64,000 bases of DNA from Eledone cirrhosa (lineage: Eukaryota), in contig OZ024742.1 of NCBI GenBank assembly GCA_964016885.1, forward strand, positions 201,314,001 to 201,378,000. The letters are read 5' to 3'. The notes under the pieces were generated by a model. It was not told the origin of the DNA, searched no databases, and worked only from the letters and a program-made list of their open reading frames with translations. The translations under genes were made by a program, and so were the position numbers. How positions within the stretch are numbered: the first letter of the stretch is position 1; every line of letters starts with the position of its first letter. Positions 1-15,600 of the stretch are shown here, piece by piece.

Positions 1-63
1 TTATAGGGACAGACGAACACTCGGCCTCCGACAAGCCTATATATGTGGGCGTCATCGATAGCA

Positions 64-500
64 ACAGCAGCACCACCAGCACTGCCACCAGTACTACCAC
101 CAGGACCACCAGCTCTGCCACCAATGCTAATCCTCACTAACACCACCCAAACAACCACCTCCTTCACTAGTAGCATCACCACTACTATCATTGACACCAG
201 CACTACCACCAGCACCACCAGCACTGCCACCAGTACTACCACCAGCACCACCAGCACTGCCACCAATGCTAATCCTCACTAACACCACCCAAACAACCAC
301 CTCCTTCACTAGGTAGCATCGCCACTACTATCATTGACACCAGCACTACCACCAGCACCACCAGCACTGCCACCAGTACTACCACCAGGACCACCAGCTC
401 TGCCACTAATGCTAATCCTCACTAACACCACCCAAACAACCACCTCCTTCACTAGTAGCATCACCACTACTATCATTGACACCAGCACTACCACCAGCAC
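64..500. repeat. Tandem repeat, about 3 copies of a ~141-bp ACC-rich unit
   Basis: The unit cagcaccaccagcactgccaccagtactacc...cattgacaccagcactaccac recurs at ~69, ~210 and ~352; the T/P-rich ORFs are by-products. Confidence 0.85.
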
Positions 501-604
501 AATATCCAACTGTGTTGTCTGCTGGAAATTATATGGAAAGCTCTGTTTGCTCAGTGTAAAATCCAATAGATTCCGTATTAATATCTCATTATATTGCAAA
601 ATAC

Positions 605-607
<3 letters not shown>

Positions 608-703
<96 letters not shown>

Positions 704-751
704 ATATATATATGTATACACAGATATATATATACACAAACGCATATATAC

Positions 752-830
<79 letters not shown>
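608..830. repeat. (CA)n followed by (TA)n microsatellites, representative of dozens of such tracts in the window
   Basis: Direct reading. Confidence 0.98.
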
Positions 831-832
<2 letters not shown>

Positions 833-1120
833 TCTAGCAAAATTTAATCTGGGTAATAATAAATATTACCCAGTTTCAAGTATGAAAATAGCTCGATGTA
901 AAATAACAACTATATTACAGAGACGAAATACGATGTAAAGGGCAATCAAAGAGTGTATAAAACATTTAATCACTTACGATCGTTTCATCGGAGTAGACCA
1001 CTAAGGTTATATTTGTGATTTATGTTTTTGTATCCACTCCGATGATTCCAGCCTTGTGCTAGGATGAAATGATTGTCATTTACATAGTATAATATAAGTA
1101 TGTGTATATATATATATATA

Positions 1121-1820
1121 TACAAATAAAATTATCGAGAATCGGAACTTCGGCCCACGAAATAACGAAAAAAATCTTCGAAATGTGCGGCAAAGTGCTC
1201 AATGGTTCGGTTGAACCAGAGCTATAACTAACGTTTAATACCAAACACACTGAGACGATGTTTAAACAATCATTCGCACAGCCAAAAAATACGATCAAGT
1301 AATTCGGGTCAAACAAATAAAATATACATGATTGAAAAATTTACCCGGACCCCCTGGAAAGGTGGTAAAATCCAGCATTTGGGTTTTTGCGGCTTCGAAA
1401 TCAGGTACCGTCCGCCTACATAGAAAATGACCGGCTTCTGGTAAGATGATGAACAAGGAAATCGCTTTTTCAACAGGCTTTTAGTTCAATAATACAGGGG
1501 AAGACTTTTACTGAATCCACGTGGGGATCAGCAAGGGAGGCAACCCCTATATTAGGCGAATGAATTCAGTTGTGTATATTATTGTAAGGATACAAAATAT
1601 CACAATTCGAATTAGAGTTCTCAACAGACGGGTTAAAGTTAACATAAGCTATTCATCAGTCAATAGAATCAACTAAAATATCAATAAAATTAACTGATCA
1701 ATAGCTAGAGTCTGGAGATAAATACAAATAAAATTATCGAGAATCGGAACTTCGGCCCACGAAATAACGAAAAACAATCTTCGAAATGTGCGGCAAAGTG
1801 CTCAATGGTTCGGAAGAACC

Positions 1821-1822
<2 letters not shown>
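1121..1822. mobile_element. Non-coding element with ~100-bp direct terminal repeats, flanked by (TA)n (PLE pLTR-like or retrozyme-like)
   Basis: tacaaataaaattatcgagaatcgg...gaaccaga at 1121-1221 is repeated at 1723-1822; TA runs on both sides; CTGATGA on the minus strand at ~1653-1659. Confidence 0.55.
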
Positions 1823-1880
<58 letters not shown>

Positions 1881-1887
<7 letters not shown>

Positions 1888-2358
1888 TGCAAGATGTTTG
1901 ATATGAAATCGTGTGTTGAAGCAAATATTTTTATATTTGGGGAGGGTCATATTGTTATAATATTGCCAGAATAATAACAGAACACACTCACTGTTTGATT
2001 TGGATTGGTTTTCGCGTCTGTGTTTTTTTATCTCCACGGTTAATTTATCTGGCAATCAATGTTTATCATTGATTGACCAACTGTTACAATGGAGTAGGCA
2101 TTACAATAACGGGAGGAAAAATATTAGTACCCTTGACGATGTCATAGATGTGTTACGAAAGAACTTTAATAAACTATATATATATATATTTCTATCTGTA
2201 TTTCTAACCGTTGGTCAATCAATGATAAGCATTGATTGCCAGATAAATTAACTATGGAAGTACAAAAGATACAGAGGCGAAAACCAACCAAACAGTGAGT
2301 GTGTTCTGTCATTATTTCTGGCAATATTATAACAATATGACCCTCCCCAAATAAAACA

Positions 2359-2360
<2 letters not shown>
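1881..2360 (+). mobile_element. Short hammerhead-bearing non-coding repeat, family A (with internal inverted copy of its 3' end)
   Basis: Inverted arms 1927-2086 and 2205-2360; decayed core TTGACGA...GAAA at 2133-2160; homologous to 5620-5955, 26800-27052 and 34305-34620. Confidence 0.7.
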
Positions 2361-2445
<85 letters not shown>

Positions 2446-2446
2446 C

Positions 2447-2554
<108 letters not shown>

Positions 2555-2559
2555 AAGTA

Positions 2560-3882
<1,323 letters not shown>

Positions 3883-4379
3883 GATATATATAAATGCAGA
3901 GAGGGGGGAGAATGAGAGAGGAAGAGAGGGAGGGAAAGGGAGAGAGAGAGTCGGAGAAAAAGAGAGAGAGACAGAGTGCTTGCAAGGCAGAGGTTTGAAT
4001 ATATGTGCCTGTATGTTTGCGTCAGTAGGGCTGAGGTAAGTAGTGTACGGTAAAGAGCGTATACGTTATAATATATAATAGTAAACAATATACAGCACTA
4101 TCACAATGGCTTACAGTTGTGGGTGGATTTTTGTAGCATCGTAACCTCCATTAGTACCTTCATTATGTTTATCATCATCCTCACCTCCGACATTATAATC
4201 ATCATCATCAACGTCATCAATAGTCAGCAACATAAACTTCCAGCAGAACCGAATTACATAAGGAGCGGTGACAATATATATATAGTAATAATAATAAATT
4301 TGAAGACTAAAATCCAAAGATGGCTCGATGAGGATAAATATATATCAAATATATAAGAACCGAGAGCAAATATTTATTA

Positions 4380-5534
4380 AAATAACAGATTAAAGTTTAA
4401 GCAAAGAATCGCTGCTTTCACTCTTAACGGGATCTTCTGAAACTAAAAAAGTCAATCTGTGAACGCAGAAGTAAATATTTCAAAAAACGTTGCAACCAGA
4501 GGAAGACTGGAAGACGATACTTTGGTTCGTGGAAACGTTCCCTGGCAAAGAACGAAAAAAAAACGAAGATAATACGTCATATGTGGGACGGGGAGAACAA
4601 TTGCACGCAAAGACAAAACCACGTAAATGGTATAACTGAAGTCGTAGACTAAAATTCTAACTAGGAAACCGAATGATTCTCGGCTTGAGTTAAGAATAAA
4701 GTAAATAAAATACAGAGGTAATTGAAATTAAATAAATACATACACGCCTTCTTATACGTACATACACAAGCATACGCGAGTATGCGGGTTCGTACGTTGG
4801 GTGTGTGTGGTGTGTGTATATGTGTACTATGTGTTTTGGTTGACGTAGATCTCCGAACATATGTGTATTTACATGTAGGTATGTGTGTGCGTGCGTTATG
4901 TACGTATTTATTTATTTATCTACGTTTATTTAATTATACACACTCACACTCACACACATACATGTATATATATATATATTTTATATATACTTTTATGTGT
5001 ATTTGGTGTATACATACGTATGTGTGCGGGTACAGGCGTTGCGTGCGTTCTGTATGTGCGTGCGGGGTTTGTTGTTTTTTTGTACATGCTTGTATTTGTA
5101 TACCTACGGCGAGTGTTTTTGCGTATGCTTGTGTATGTTTGTATATGGATGCGTGTATGTATTTATTTAATTTCAATTACCTCTGTATTTTATTTACTTT
5201 ATTCTTAACTCTGAAGCCGAGAATCATTCGGTTTCCTTGTCTACGACTTCAGTTATAACATTTACGTGGTTTTGTCTTTGCGTGCAATTGTTCTCCCGTC
5301 CACATATGACGTATTATCTTCGTTTTTTTCCGTTCATTGCCAGAGAACGTCTCCATGAACCACCTAATAGAAGATTAGTTTACGACTTCTTTTATACCAT
5401 AAACGTGGTTTTGTCTTTGCGTGTAATTGTTTTTTGAAATATTTACTTCTGCGTTCACAGATTGACTTTTTTAGTTTCAGAAGATCCCGTTAAGGGTGAA
5501 AGCAGGGATTGTTTACTTAAACTTTAATCTGTTA

Positions 5535-5540
<6 letters not shown>
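4380..5540. mobile_element. Non-coding repeat family B with fold-back arrangement
   Basis: 4380-4780 is an inverted copy of ~5120-5540; homologous to 22470-23390, 54505-54620 and 60755-60870. Confidence 0.7.
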
Positions 5541-5614
<74 letters not shown>

Positions 5615-5619
5615 TATAT

Positions 5620-5951
5620 ATATGTATTTGTTTTGTGAGGTTTTTGATATGAAATCGTGTGTTGAAAATCGTGTGGCGTAAATATACAATACAACAGGAG
5701 GAACATAATAGCACCACTGACGATGTTGCAGATGTGCAACGAAAGAAGTTTGTTAGACTATATATATATATGTGTTTAAATCAATATTATATCTGTATTT
5801 TTTACCGTTGCTCAGTCAATGGTAAACATTTAGGACCGAATGAATTAACTGATATAAAAGATACAGAAGCGAACACCAACCAAACGGTGAGTGTGTTCTG
5901 ATATTAATTCTAGCAATATTATCACAACAATATGACCCTCCTTTAGTATAA

Positions 5952-5955
<4 letters not shown>
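5620..5955 (+). mobile_element. Family A hammerhead element
   Basis: CTGACGA-T-GTTGCA gatg TGCAAC-GAAA at 5717-5744; (TA)n on both sides. Confidence 0.7.
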
Positions 5956-5992
<37 letters not shown>

Positions 5993-7109
5993 AGGTTAAC
6001 CAACCAGCTTACTCGATACTTGGGTGTAGTAGAGTGGGGAATATGAAAAGATTCAGGAACCTGACGGCTGAGCTCTGGCCGTTTCGACAGCTAGATGCGA
6101 ACTAAAGTGCCAGTCTGGCGCTTTAGTTTGTGCATCACAGGCCAAAACTGCCATCAATTGGTACCCAACAGAATCATCACTGAATTTTGCTGAGCAGAAA
6201 TATTGCTGACCGCTGTCACATATATTGATAATTTTTGACTGCTACGCAATAGGACATTCGTAGCAGAAATATCCCTGTGTACGAATTCGGAATTCTAATG
6301 TTGTTTTAAGAATTTCTGTGTATGAAATTAAGTTGACAGTATATGTAAGAATCTATGAGGCTGCTCAGAATTACAATTACTGCCTTTGGTAAGAGTGGTA
6401 TAACTTATTGTATAATAATGCTTGATTGCAGTTTTTAATAATAGGGAGCGATGGCGTGCTTATGGAATTGAGTTAATATTTAATCGTTTGAAATTAGCCA
6501 GCAGTAATTTCCACTTATGGCTGCAGTAAGACAGTGCAGGCGTTTTTGTAATGCAAATGGCTGCTACAATTCATTCAAGCATTCAGCTCGTGCAACTCTC
6601 CAAACCAAGCGGAAGCGGAAAGTGGATTTTCCCTGCAAGAATATGCTTCCCCGGAATTAATTGGCTCTAAGTCCTATTTCGTGTCTGGGAACAGCATTAA
6701 CCAGGGAAATACTCCCCCTGTACTCTATTGGTTTGAAAAGGCAAGATCCTCTCTGTCTGTAGACAGATGGTTTCATTACCGAAGCTGCAAGCGAGATGAA
6801 GCTTGTATAGATGTGTTTATATGGGTGTGTGTATGTGTGGATCTGTGTGTGTGTATGCATGCGTGCGTGTGTGTGTGGGTGGGTGCTTGTGTGTTTTCTG
6901 CTGAAATGTGCGATGCTAAAAGCAATATTGTCTTGAAAAGTGCAACTAATCTTTGAATTTGCCGTTGATACAAATATTCTAAATATATTTTCCGGATTAT
7001 CAGAGAATAATACGGATAATTTTAATCTAAATCTGGGTCTTTTTTTTCAATTAGCTTTCGTTGTTTAGGCCAAGAGATCTTGAAACCTACAAAATTGTAA
7101 CGTTGAAAT

Positions 7110-7950
7110 GGACTGTAAGATGTGGTAACGAAAAGTAAAGTTACCTGTTAATCTTTGTTTCGTTTCGTAGTTGTTGTTGTTGTTTTATCTGTCCAATATT
7201 TCGGGACATAAAATTCCCTTCATCAGGGTTTAAGGAACCTTCAGTGGATAACGTCCCAATTTCCTCTCTTTGGGATAAAATTTGATTTTGATTTAAATTT
7301 TTTCTAAGTCGTTTTCAAGCGTTTTTTTTTATGGTTACTTCGCTTTCCACGTGAATGACGTCAATTGCCAATATATTATTTCGCGAAATCAATTTTCTAT
7401 TTTGTATGAGATATTTAGTTTATGTGCCTGTGGGCATGTCTTTTTACGTCCAGTACTGTGTGCTGAGTTCTAATCTATTATTTATTTGCAGATTGAGTCT
7501 ACATATGAGCAAATCTTCCTTAATTCGTGAGTTGCCCACATTTCTATCACTGGCTTTAATGGTAACGGTAATATGCTGGTTGATGTTTCTACATTTGTTG
7601 ATGTGTTTTTTTAATAAGGATGCGCGTGTTTTGAGGTGTTCTTTAATACGAGTGTGGACTGCTGGAGTCGCGCTACCAAGTAGAACTTACATTTTTTGCA
7701 TTCAATCCGGTGCACCACATGTGTCCGCTGGCACATACCTGTATCGCGGATAGGGCAGTTAGTCAGCGAGCATTGATTGTTGTGGTCACTGGATTGCTTT
7801 TGAGACAGGTATCCACTGAAGGTTCCTTAAACCCTGCTGAAGGGACTTTTATGTCCCGAAATATTGGACAGATAAAAGAATAACAACAACAAAGTAAAGA
7901 TTACCAGGTAACTTTTACTTTTCATTACCTCATCCTACCATCCATTTTGC
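7110..7950 (-). mobile_element. 5'-truncated Penelope-like element (GIY-YIG C-terminal remnant) with inverted pLTRs
   Basis: Minus ~7450-7690 translates ...HTRIKEHLKTRASLLKKHINKCRNINQHITVTI...INNRLELSTQY, homologous to the ORF at 12913-13983; inverted repeats ~7110-7248 and ~7812-7950, each with a hammerhead. Confidence 0.85.
7187..7229 (-). ncRNA. Minimal type-I hammerhead ribozyme motif
   Basis: CC-CTGATGA-A-GGGA attttatg TCCC-GAAA-ATATT-GG; the inverted partner at 7831-7872 (+) has CTGCTGA and a GGGAC/GTCCC stem II. Confidence 0.75.
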
Positions 7951-8739
7951 ATTGTTTAGCCTTCTATCTCTTTCAACATTATATGTTATATACAATGTTT
8001 CAAGCTATAACTTTTATTAAAATATTATGATAAAACACACCCCGCTCCGAGAACTGCCAATCTTTGTAGGTCAAACAGAATGCAAGCTTCCATATTTTCA
8101 GGAGCTTAAATATAACATGTGGAAGATTTGGTTGCTATTTCTAGTAGACATAAGTGTAGTTAAATGATCCTCTGTCGTTTTCAGCGATGACATATATCCC
8201 AAGCGGACATTTTCTAAAACAATATGCAACAAACATGACCCTTTGCATTTCAGCTAAAGTCCATGACATGGCTCTCCACATAGTCACTCAATTTTAAACT
8301 TGTGTGGATATAACGCGAAAGTAAAAACAATGAATATAATCACTCGTCTAAAAATCTGTGGAGTGAATTCGAAACTGGGTCCTCGTTATTACGGAAGATA
8401 CACTGCAACCATTTCTTCCCAGTTGAGCTCATGCGGAAGGATTACATCTTATCAGGATGTGGTGAATATTTGAATTGAGTCTGAAAACATTCATGAAACT
8501 TTTATCTACCTCCGGGCAATTAATTTCATAAAACTTGATATGAATACTCACTACAACAATAGTAACATCGATAACAATAACAATAACAACAATAGCAACA
8601 ACAACAACAACAACAACGATAACAACAATATTAACGAAAACGACATAACTTAATCATGTTATTTTAGGATTTTTATATAGATTTTTTCACCTGTTAACAC
8701 AAGTGATCTTAGCGAAAACTAAACTAAATTAAAATCTTG

Positions 8740-8775
<36 letters not shown>

Positions 8776-10075
8776 TATATATGTATGTATGTATATATAC
8801 ATACTTATATATATATATATATACACACATACACACACACACACACACATATGTGTATGTGAGTGTTTCTTTCTGTTTACGCTTTCTTATTTTCAACTGA
8901 ATTATAGGTTTGTAAATGTATGTCTGTAAGTATGTATGTATAAACATGTCTGAGAGAAGGGGGTGGGGGGAGATATCATGTGTATATGTGTGCAAGCGTG
9001 TGTATATATGCAGCTGCATCTATAAATCTAAGTGTGAAATAATTGCATTAAAATGGATGCATGTTATTGATCCTAAATAGAAAGCTGTGGGCAACAACTA
9101 GAGATTTGTATTAAAGTTAAACACATTTCCGGTCTTGTAAACCTCTCATCAAATTGTCTGTATTTATAAATGGATTTGTTCGGAAGCAAAATAGTCGCAA
9201 TTATTGTCGTTGTTTTTGCTGATGTTATTGGTGATATTTATGTTGTTGCTGTAATTGTTTTCGCTGTTGTTAACGAAACTATTTTGCCTATTGTCTCTTT
9301 TGTTCTTACTGTCATTGTTGTAGAAGTTATGGTTATTGTTATAGTTGTTGCTGTTCTTGTTTTTGTAGTAGTTATTGTTAATGTTGTTGGGACTTTATTG
9401 TTACTGTTGTTGTTGTCGTTGTTATAGTAGCTGTTGGATGCAAGTATGGTTGAGTGATTCAGTAGCTCGCTTTGCAAACATGAGGGCGCGCTCATGAATT
9501 TAATTGCACTGCCTGGCATCTTAATCAAGTAACTTTACCTTTGCCAAACATAGGGTCGAGCTAAGCATTATGAATTAAATTGTGTACCCACATAGACCTA
9601 TAACCACAAAGAAACACCCATACTGACACACATTTAGTAAATAATCCAAAGTCTTGTGTTATTAATCCAGACGGATCCCATCACACTCCTAGCTGGAACG
9701 CAGCTAGTTTCTTCCAGATATAAGGACAGCGAGAGTGAAAGTCATAAAACGAGATAGAGGAAGAAGCAACCACAACAATGGACTGGTAATTTAGGTATCA
9801 AGGGTGAACTTGACGGGATTTGAACGACTCTGCCTATGTCTGAATGTACACATAATATATAAATTAAATCTATCACAATCCACATATTGATAGTATTCGG
9901 TTTGAAGTGTTCTAAAATTCAGACCCTGTACAAAACCCAAATCCCACTTACCGCACTTTCTCGTCTCTTCACATACAGAGTTTCATATTTGTTTACAAAG
10001 ATAAGACACCACATACATATGCACTCAATAACACACACACGCACACACATACACATACACGCACACACACATAAA

Positions 10076-10190
<115 letters not shown>

Positions 10191-10561
10191 CATTAACGAA
10201 CCCAACAACAGTCTGATGAGCAACTCATTCCAGAGTCGGGCCCGATCGATACAGACCGAACTTTGAGATGACGAATACCGAAACGCGTGTCACACTTCAA
10301 TAAACTTAATTGACACCACGTTCCTACTTTGCATTTGAAAAGAGGGACTTAACCTTGAAATATGATGAAATATACTGGGTAAAAAACATTACTTTGCATT
10401 GTTTAATATTTGTCATCCTTTGCTCAGTACTAGACTGGTATATTATTTATCGACCTCGAAAGGATGAGAGACAAAGTTGACATCGGCGGAATTTGAATTT
10501 GAAGCAGATTACCACAAAGGATTCTATTCACCGCATATATATATATATATAAACGTTTGTA

Positions 10562-12679
10562 TATCATAATCTATAAAGCTCAGTGTATGGTCACGTTTCT
10601 TTGTTATAAAAATCTACGATATAGAATTTCTTCAATTGAAATTTACAATTCAGTATTCGAAATAGCTTCAATTGGGTCAAGGCACTTTTTTCAATTTTAC
10701 CCACAATTACGCAAAAAATCGATAAAACTGAATATTTTGCGATTAATCTCTTTCATTTCAACTGGTTTTTCCTCTTCCCATTACCATTAAAATCTATACA
10801 ACTTCATACTTTCTGCTACTTTCTCTTTCCAAGCTTAAACAACACGTAAAATGAAACTAAATTATTATTTTCATTTTATATTGTTCATGTTGATGGTGTA
10901 CTGTCCGTTTTACTCTCTCATATCATCTGCTTGCCTCTATCTACAACCCACACATTTTGCTACTTTCTCTTTTATACTAAATTTGGTTTATTCACCGTTA
11001 GCAGCTACGCGCATCTTTTAAAAATGTGAGTTACAATGTTTTTCAATCGTTACTCCGTCTAACTTTTAGTTGCTTCAAACTTACTCATTTATTTCCAAAC
11101 GCATACAAACACGCACTCACTTCAAATGATAAAAAAACATTTAAAGCAATTAAACAACGTGCGGGATTTATAACCACAAATACACACTTCATTAAAAAAT
11201 AAACTAATAATTTGCGACAATCCTTTTCTTTAAATCGTAAAATTAAACGACATAATTATTTTCCTTTTCGGCTGTTAATTTTCATGGGGATACTAAACAA
11301 CTCCTGACCCAGAGGTCGTCATCAACTATCCAATAGAGGTACTCAATTCCTTTGAGTCCCCCGGACTACCACCACACATTCTCAAACTTAAAGTTGGTGC
11401 CCCTATAATGCTCATTAGAAATTTGGTTCCCCCGAAACAATGCAATGGCACACGTTTGATCGTTAAGTCCTTATCTCCCAATCTGATTGAGGCCACGATT
11501 ATCACAGGGTGCGGTCGAGGCAACGTTGTTTCAACTCATACACTTTACAGACTAAACAACAAAAACATTAGCCACATTAACGTACAATTTCGTTTATTCT
11601 AAATGTGAGTCTTCAAACTGATTTATTTATTTGCAAACACATACAAACACACACTCACATCAAATGAATAATTAAACTTTAAATCAATTTAACCCCGTTT
11701 CGGATTTCTAACCACACATACACACTTCATTAACAAATAAAAATTCTAATTTGAGACAATTATTTTCTTTCACTCGTAAAATCAAACGACAGAATTATTT
11801 TCATTTTCGGTTGTTAATCTTCATGGGGATAATACTACCCTTCCATTTCACATCATGTGAGTTAACAAATCATTTTTTAAAACACTATTCGCAGACTTCC
11901 TTAAACAACAAGATCAATTGCGTAGCCGGTATTCATTATGTAGCCGGTAAAGCTATGTAGCAGATAAAAGGCTATGTAGTCAGTACGATGTTATATAGCA
12001 TGACAAGTTTATATAAACGGTAAATGTTATGTCGCCGTTATCATGTGTGTGTGTGTATTACCGTCAATACACACGTGTGTGTGTGCGTGTTTCAATGTAG
12101 TTTTCGTTAACAATGACGAGAGTACAATCGCGCCAGAAACAATTCAATTTCTCATTCTTAACTGCTAGGGACGTTCACAGGTTCATTAAGTACTTTCAGT
12201 AAGGAATAAAAAAAATAGGGATTGAACCAAAAACCACGACATAAACAGGCACCAACAAACGTTTTCTTTGTCCTGTCAAAAAGTGATTGATCCTATCCCT
12301 TTCACCTACGACCTCAGTTAGGTCAGGCGAAAGTCAAATAGACAGGGCATCACCTATGTAGGTACAAACCCTGCTGCGCTATGTCTATTTTTCTAGCTTA
12401 TATATATATATAAACCTTAATTTGATTATATATATATATATATATAAATCGTGTATAAAAAAATAACATAAATTCATTTAACACAACTGAAACTGGATTT
12501 TAGTCTTCAAATTTATTATTATTACTATATATATATATTCGTATACAGATATTTTTGCATACACAGTAACAACATATAAACAAACGCATTTATTTCACGA
12601 GGCTCGATAAGGATAAATATATATCAAATATATAAGAACCCTAGAGCAAATCCCGAGCAACGCCGGGACATTCTGCTAG
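10562..12679 (+). mobile_element. Non-autonomous Helitron with a Pif1-type helicase fragment
   Basis: ~11310-11530 encodes YPIEVLNSFESPGLPPHILKLKVGAPIMLIRNLVPPKQCNGTRLIV (Helitron/Pif1 helicase); 3' hairpin CCCG..CGGG then CTAG|T at 12652-12680; internal duplication ~11080-11290 / ~11630-11830; 5' end approximate. Confidence 0.85.
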
Positions 12680-12689
12680 TGTATAATAA

Positions 12690-15120
12690 AGCCAAAACAA
12701 TACAGGTATGGAATGGACATAGAATAAAGAATGCAACTGCAAAAGATATTGTTGACAATTAGTCTTTTACCTTAGATTTATTTAAATGTCCTTAATTTTC
12801 GAGATAATATCTCTTCTTCGGAGGGAAGTAAAGCGGTTAAACCAGTGTTCTAAATAGCTTGCCAAGTCATGCTGACAGGAAATGGTATAGAGTATCTGTT
12901 CTATCTCTAATGTCAAAGAGTTAAGGTTAGGTGGATAAAGAGTAGTCTCCCTTTAAAAGGGTTTTTTTGTACATGCCTGTTTAAGTGTGTGGGAAAATGC
13001 ATGAAGGTGTAAGTATGTGAGTGTGTGTGTGTGTGAGTGTGAAAAGATATGTCTATACGTAAATGTGGGGGATAGATGTTATCTCGTGTTAGAACTGGAC
13101 TTTGTGTGTGTATGTGTGTGTGGGAGAGAGAATAAGTGGAGGTGTAAGCGTGTATGTGTGTGTGTACGTGCGTGTGTGTGTGCGTGTGTATGTGTGGGGT
13201 GTGTGTAAATATGGGGCTAGAAGTTAAAAATTGGGTGTTGAGTTCTAATCTATTATTGATTGGTGGTTGTGTTTTGTCTATAATTAGTGCTTCCTTAATT
13301 CTAGGATTGCCGAGGTTTCTTACCTTAGTTTCTATCCTAACTGTTATGGTTTTGTCGATGTTTTTGCATTTCACTAGGTGTTTCTTAAATGAGGAAGCGT
13401 TAGTATTGAGGTGTTCTTTTATTCTCATGTGTAGTGGTCTGGTGGTGCCACCTACGTAGAAGTTGCTGCATTTCTCACACTCTAGTCTGTATACGGCGTA
13501 AGCCTGGTGGCATAGGTCTGTGTCGTTGATGGGGCAGTTGGCTAGCCTGCAGTAGTTGTCATGTCTGGTGGAGTGTCTTTTGGTTAGCTGTCCGCGTAGA
13601 GAAGGACCTGAGTGGGCCAGTTGGATATCTAGTCCCTCTCGTCTGATAGCTCTGCGGATGGCTGTTGTTGTTTCGTCACTGATGTGTGGGAGCTTCAGGA
13701 AGCAAGTGTTAGTGGCACGGCTTGTGGTGAATGTCGTGTATCCGTTCAGTCTGAGTACTTCCAGGAAATGTGTGGTGTGTGTGTCTCGGTCTCTAGCGTC
13801 GGTGCATTTGTTCCGGATAAGTGTTAGTTCGTTCCTTATGTATTCGAACTTAGCACCGGCTGGGAGGACAGATCTGAAATGTACGAACAGGTCCCTGCTG
13901 GCGGCTTTTTTTATAGAAGCAGGTGTTGCCTTCCTCTGTAACCCTGTGTTGGAAGTCCAGTAGGGATAGGGATCCGCGGTCATCGGGGTGTTCCATGCTG
14001 AACTTTATACTGGCGTCCATGCTGGAGAATGTTGTGTATATTTTATCTGCCTCCTCACGGGATAATGTAAGGAATGGTATGTCATCTACATATCGGGTGA
14101 AGAAGGTATGGGAATGGCAGGTGTGGAGGCCTCGGCATTCTAGCTGGTTCATATAGGTGATGGCCAGCAGGCCCGATAGGCTGGATCCCATGGGTAATCC
14201 TGTTGTCTGTCTGTATGTGTGGTGGTGGAAGGTGAAGTACGTGTTGTCTACTGTGAAGGACAAAAGCTGGTGTATGTCCGTCGGATGGAGGCCGTAGCAG
14301 TGGATGTCCTCTGCGACCACGCAGTCCGTCAATAAATCGACAGCTGGATGAGTGGGGACTGTAGTGTAGAGGGAGACAACGTCGAGGCTAAAGGTGTATC
14401 TATTTAGTTTAAGTTGTTCTGGCTGGAGTTGGTGTAGTCTACGTATAACTTCGTCGGAACTACTGACATGCCCGGGAAAGGTGGAGAGTAGAGGCTTGAG
14501 GACCTGGGAGAGGAGCCAGGAAATTTTGTATAGGGGTCCTTCTATGTTAGAGACGATGGGTCTTATTTGCGTTTTAGTACTATTCTTGTGGGTCTTAGGT
14601 GGTAGAAAGTGGGCAGTCTGCTATTTCTAGTGGTGTAGTTGAGCTTAACTTTCTTTGGGAGTTGTCTGCTCCTACAGATATCGAACCAGATCGAGTTGGG
14701 TTGTTTTTCGATCTGGACTGCAGTCATGTCCGGGATCTCTGTATATAATTCATTGTCGCTTAGGTGTTCAAAGGCTAGGTTGTTGTATGTGGCTTGAGAG
14801 ATGACACAAAACTCTTTACCTTTGTCGGATGGTAAGTATATAAGTTCCCTATTCCGTAGGTTCTTCAGGGCGAGTTGTTGTGTCCTGGAGAGGTTTGGGG
14901 CTATCTTCTTCTGTTTCCGTAAGATGTTAAATACGGAATGTTTTAGCCTCGAGAGTTTTTCTTCAAGCTCGCGGTTGGCGGGCGGTGGATAGAGTGGGTG
15001 GTCCAGTTGGTATATCGGGAATCTGGGTGTGTTAGATTCCGTGGTGTTGTTGCCGAGAGTCGATATCCATTTTAGTTGGTAGGCAGTCCGACAGAAATTC
15101 GTTTCTATGTCGAACCATAA
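12690..15120 (-). mobile_element. Penelope-like retroelement (RT + GIY-YIG), frameshifted, 5'-truncated; possibly Naiad-like
   Basis: YLPSDKG; PTFYHL/KTHK..IRPIVSN; SLDVVSLYT; QTTGLPMGS; TRYVDD; AVYRLECEKCSNFYVGGTTRPLHMRIKEH; hammerhead in the 3' end; (TA)n at the 5' junction. Confidence 0.93.
12788..12827 (-). ncRNA. Minimal hammerhead motif of the PLE pLTR (one core substitution)
   Basis: CCT-CCGAAGA-A-GAGAT att ATCTC-GAAA-ATTA-AGG. Confidence 0.65.
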
Positions 15121-15125
15121 TTTAT

Positions 15126-15365
<240 letters not shown>

Positions 15366-15567
15366 TGAGCGTGTGTGTATGTGTCTCTCTGTGTGTATAT
15401 TTAGATAATATACAAGAATTAGGTTTTACAAGATAATCGAAACGAAATGGACATTCAGCTTGGTGGGATTCGTGCAGCATACGGACTGACACAAATATTT
15501 CCGCACCCACACATACATGTACCGTTTGTGTTGTTATTTCTGTTTACTTTTTACATACACACACACG

Positions 15568-15599
<32 letters not shown>

Positions 15600-15600
<1 letters not shown>

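Noticed and set aside
43-831. Mucin-like T/P-rich ORFs
   Set aside because: Derived from an ACC-rich tandem repeat; frames are broken between units and there is no splice or context support
6690-6800. Possible pogo/Tigger CENP-B HTH remnant (VLYWFEKARS..DGFITEAA)
   Set aside because: Too short and frameshifted, with no TIRs found
13000-15100. Selenocysteine (in-frame UGA) recoding as reported for some PLEs
   Set aside because: The ORF breaks I checked are frameshifts rather than in-frame TGA, and no SECIS was identified
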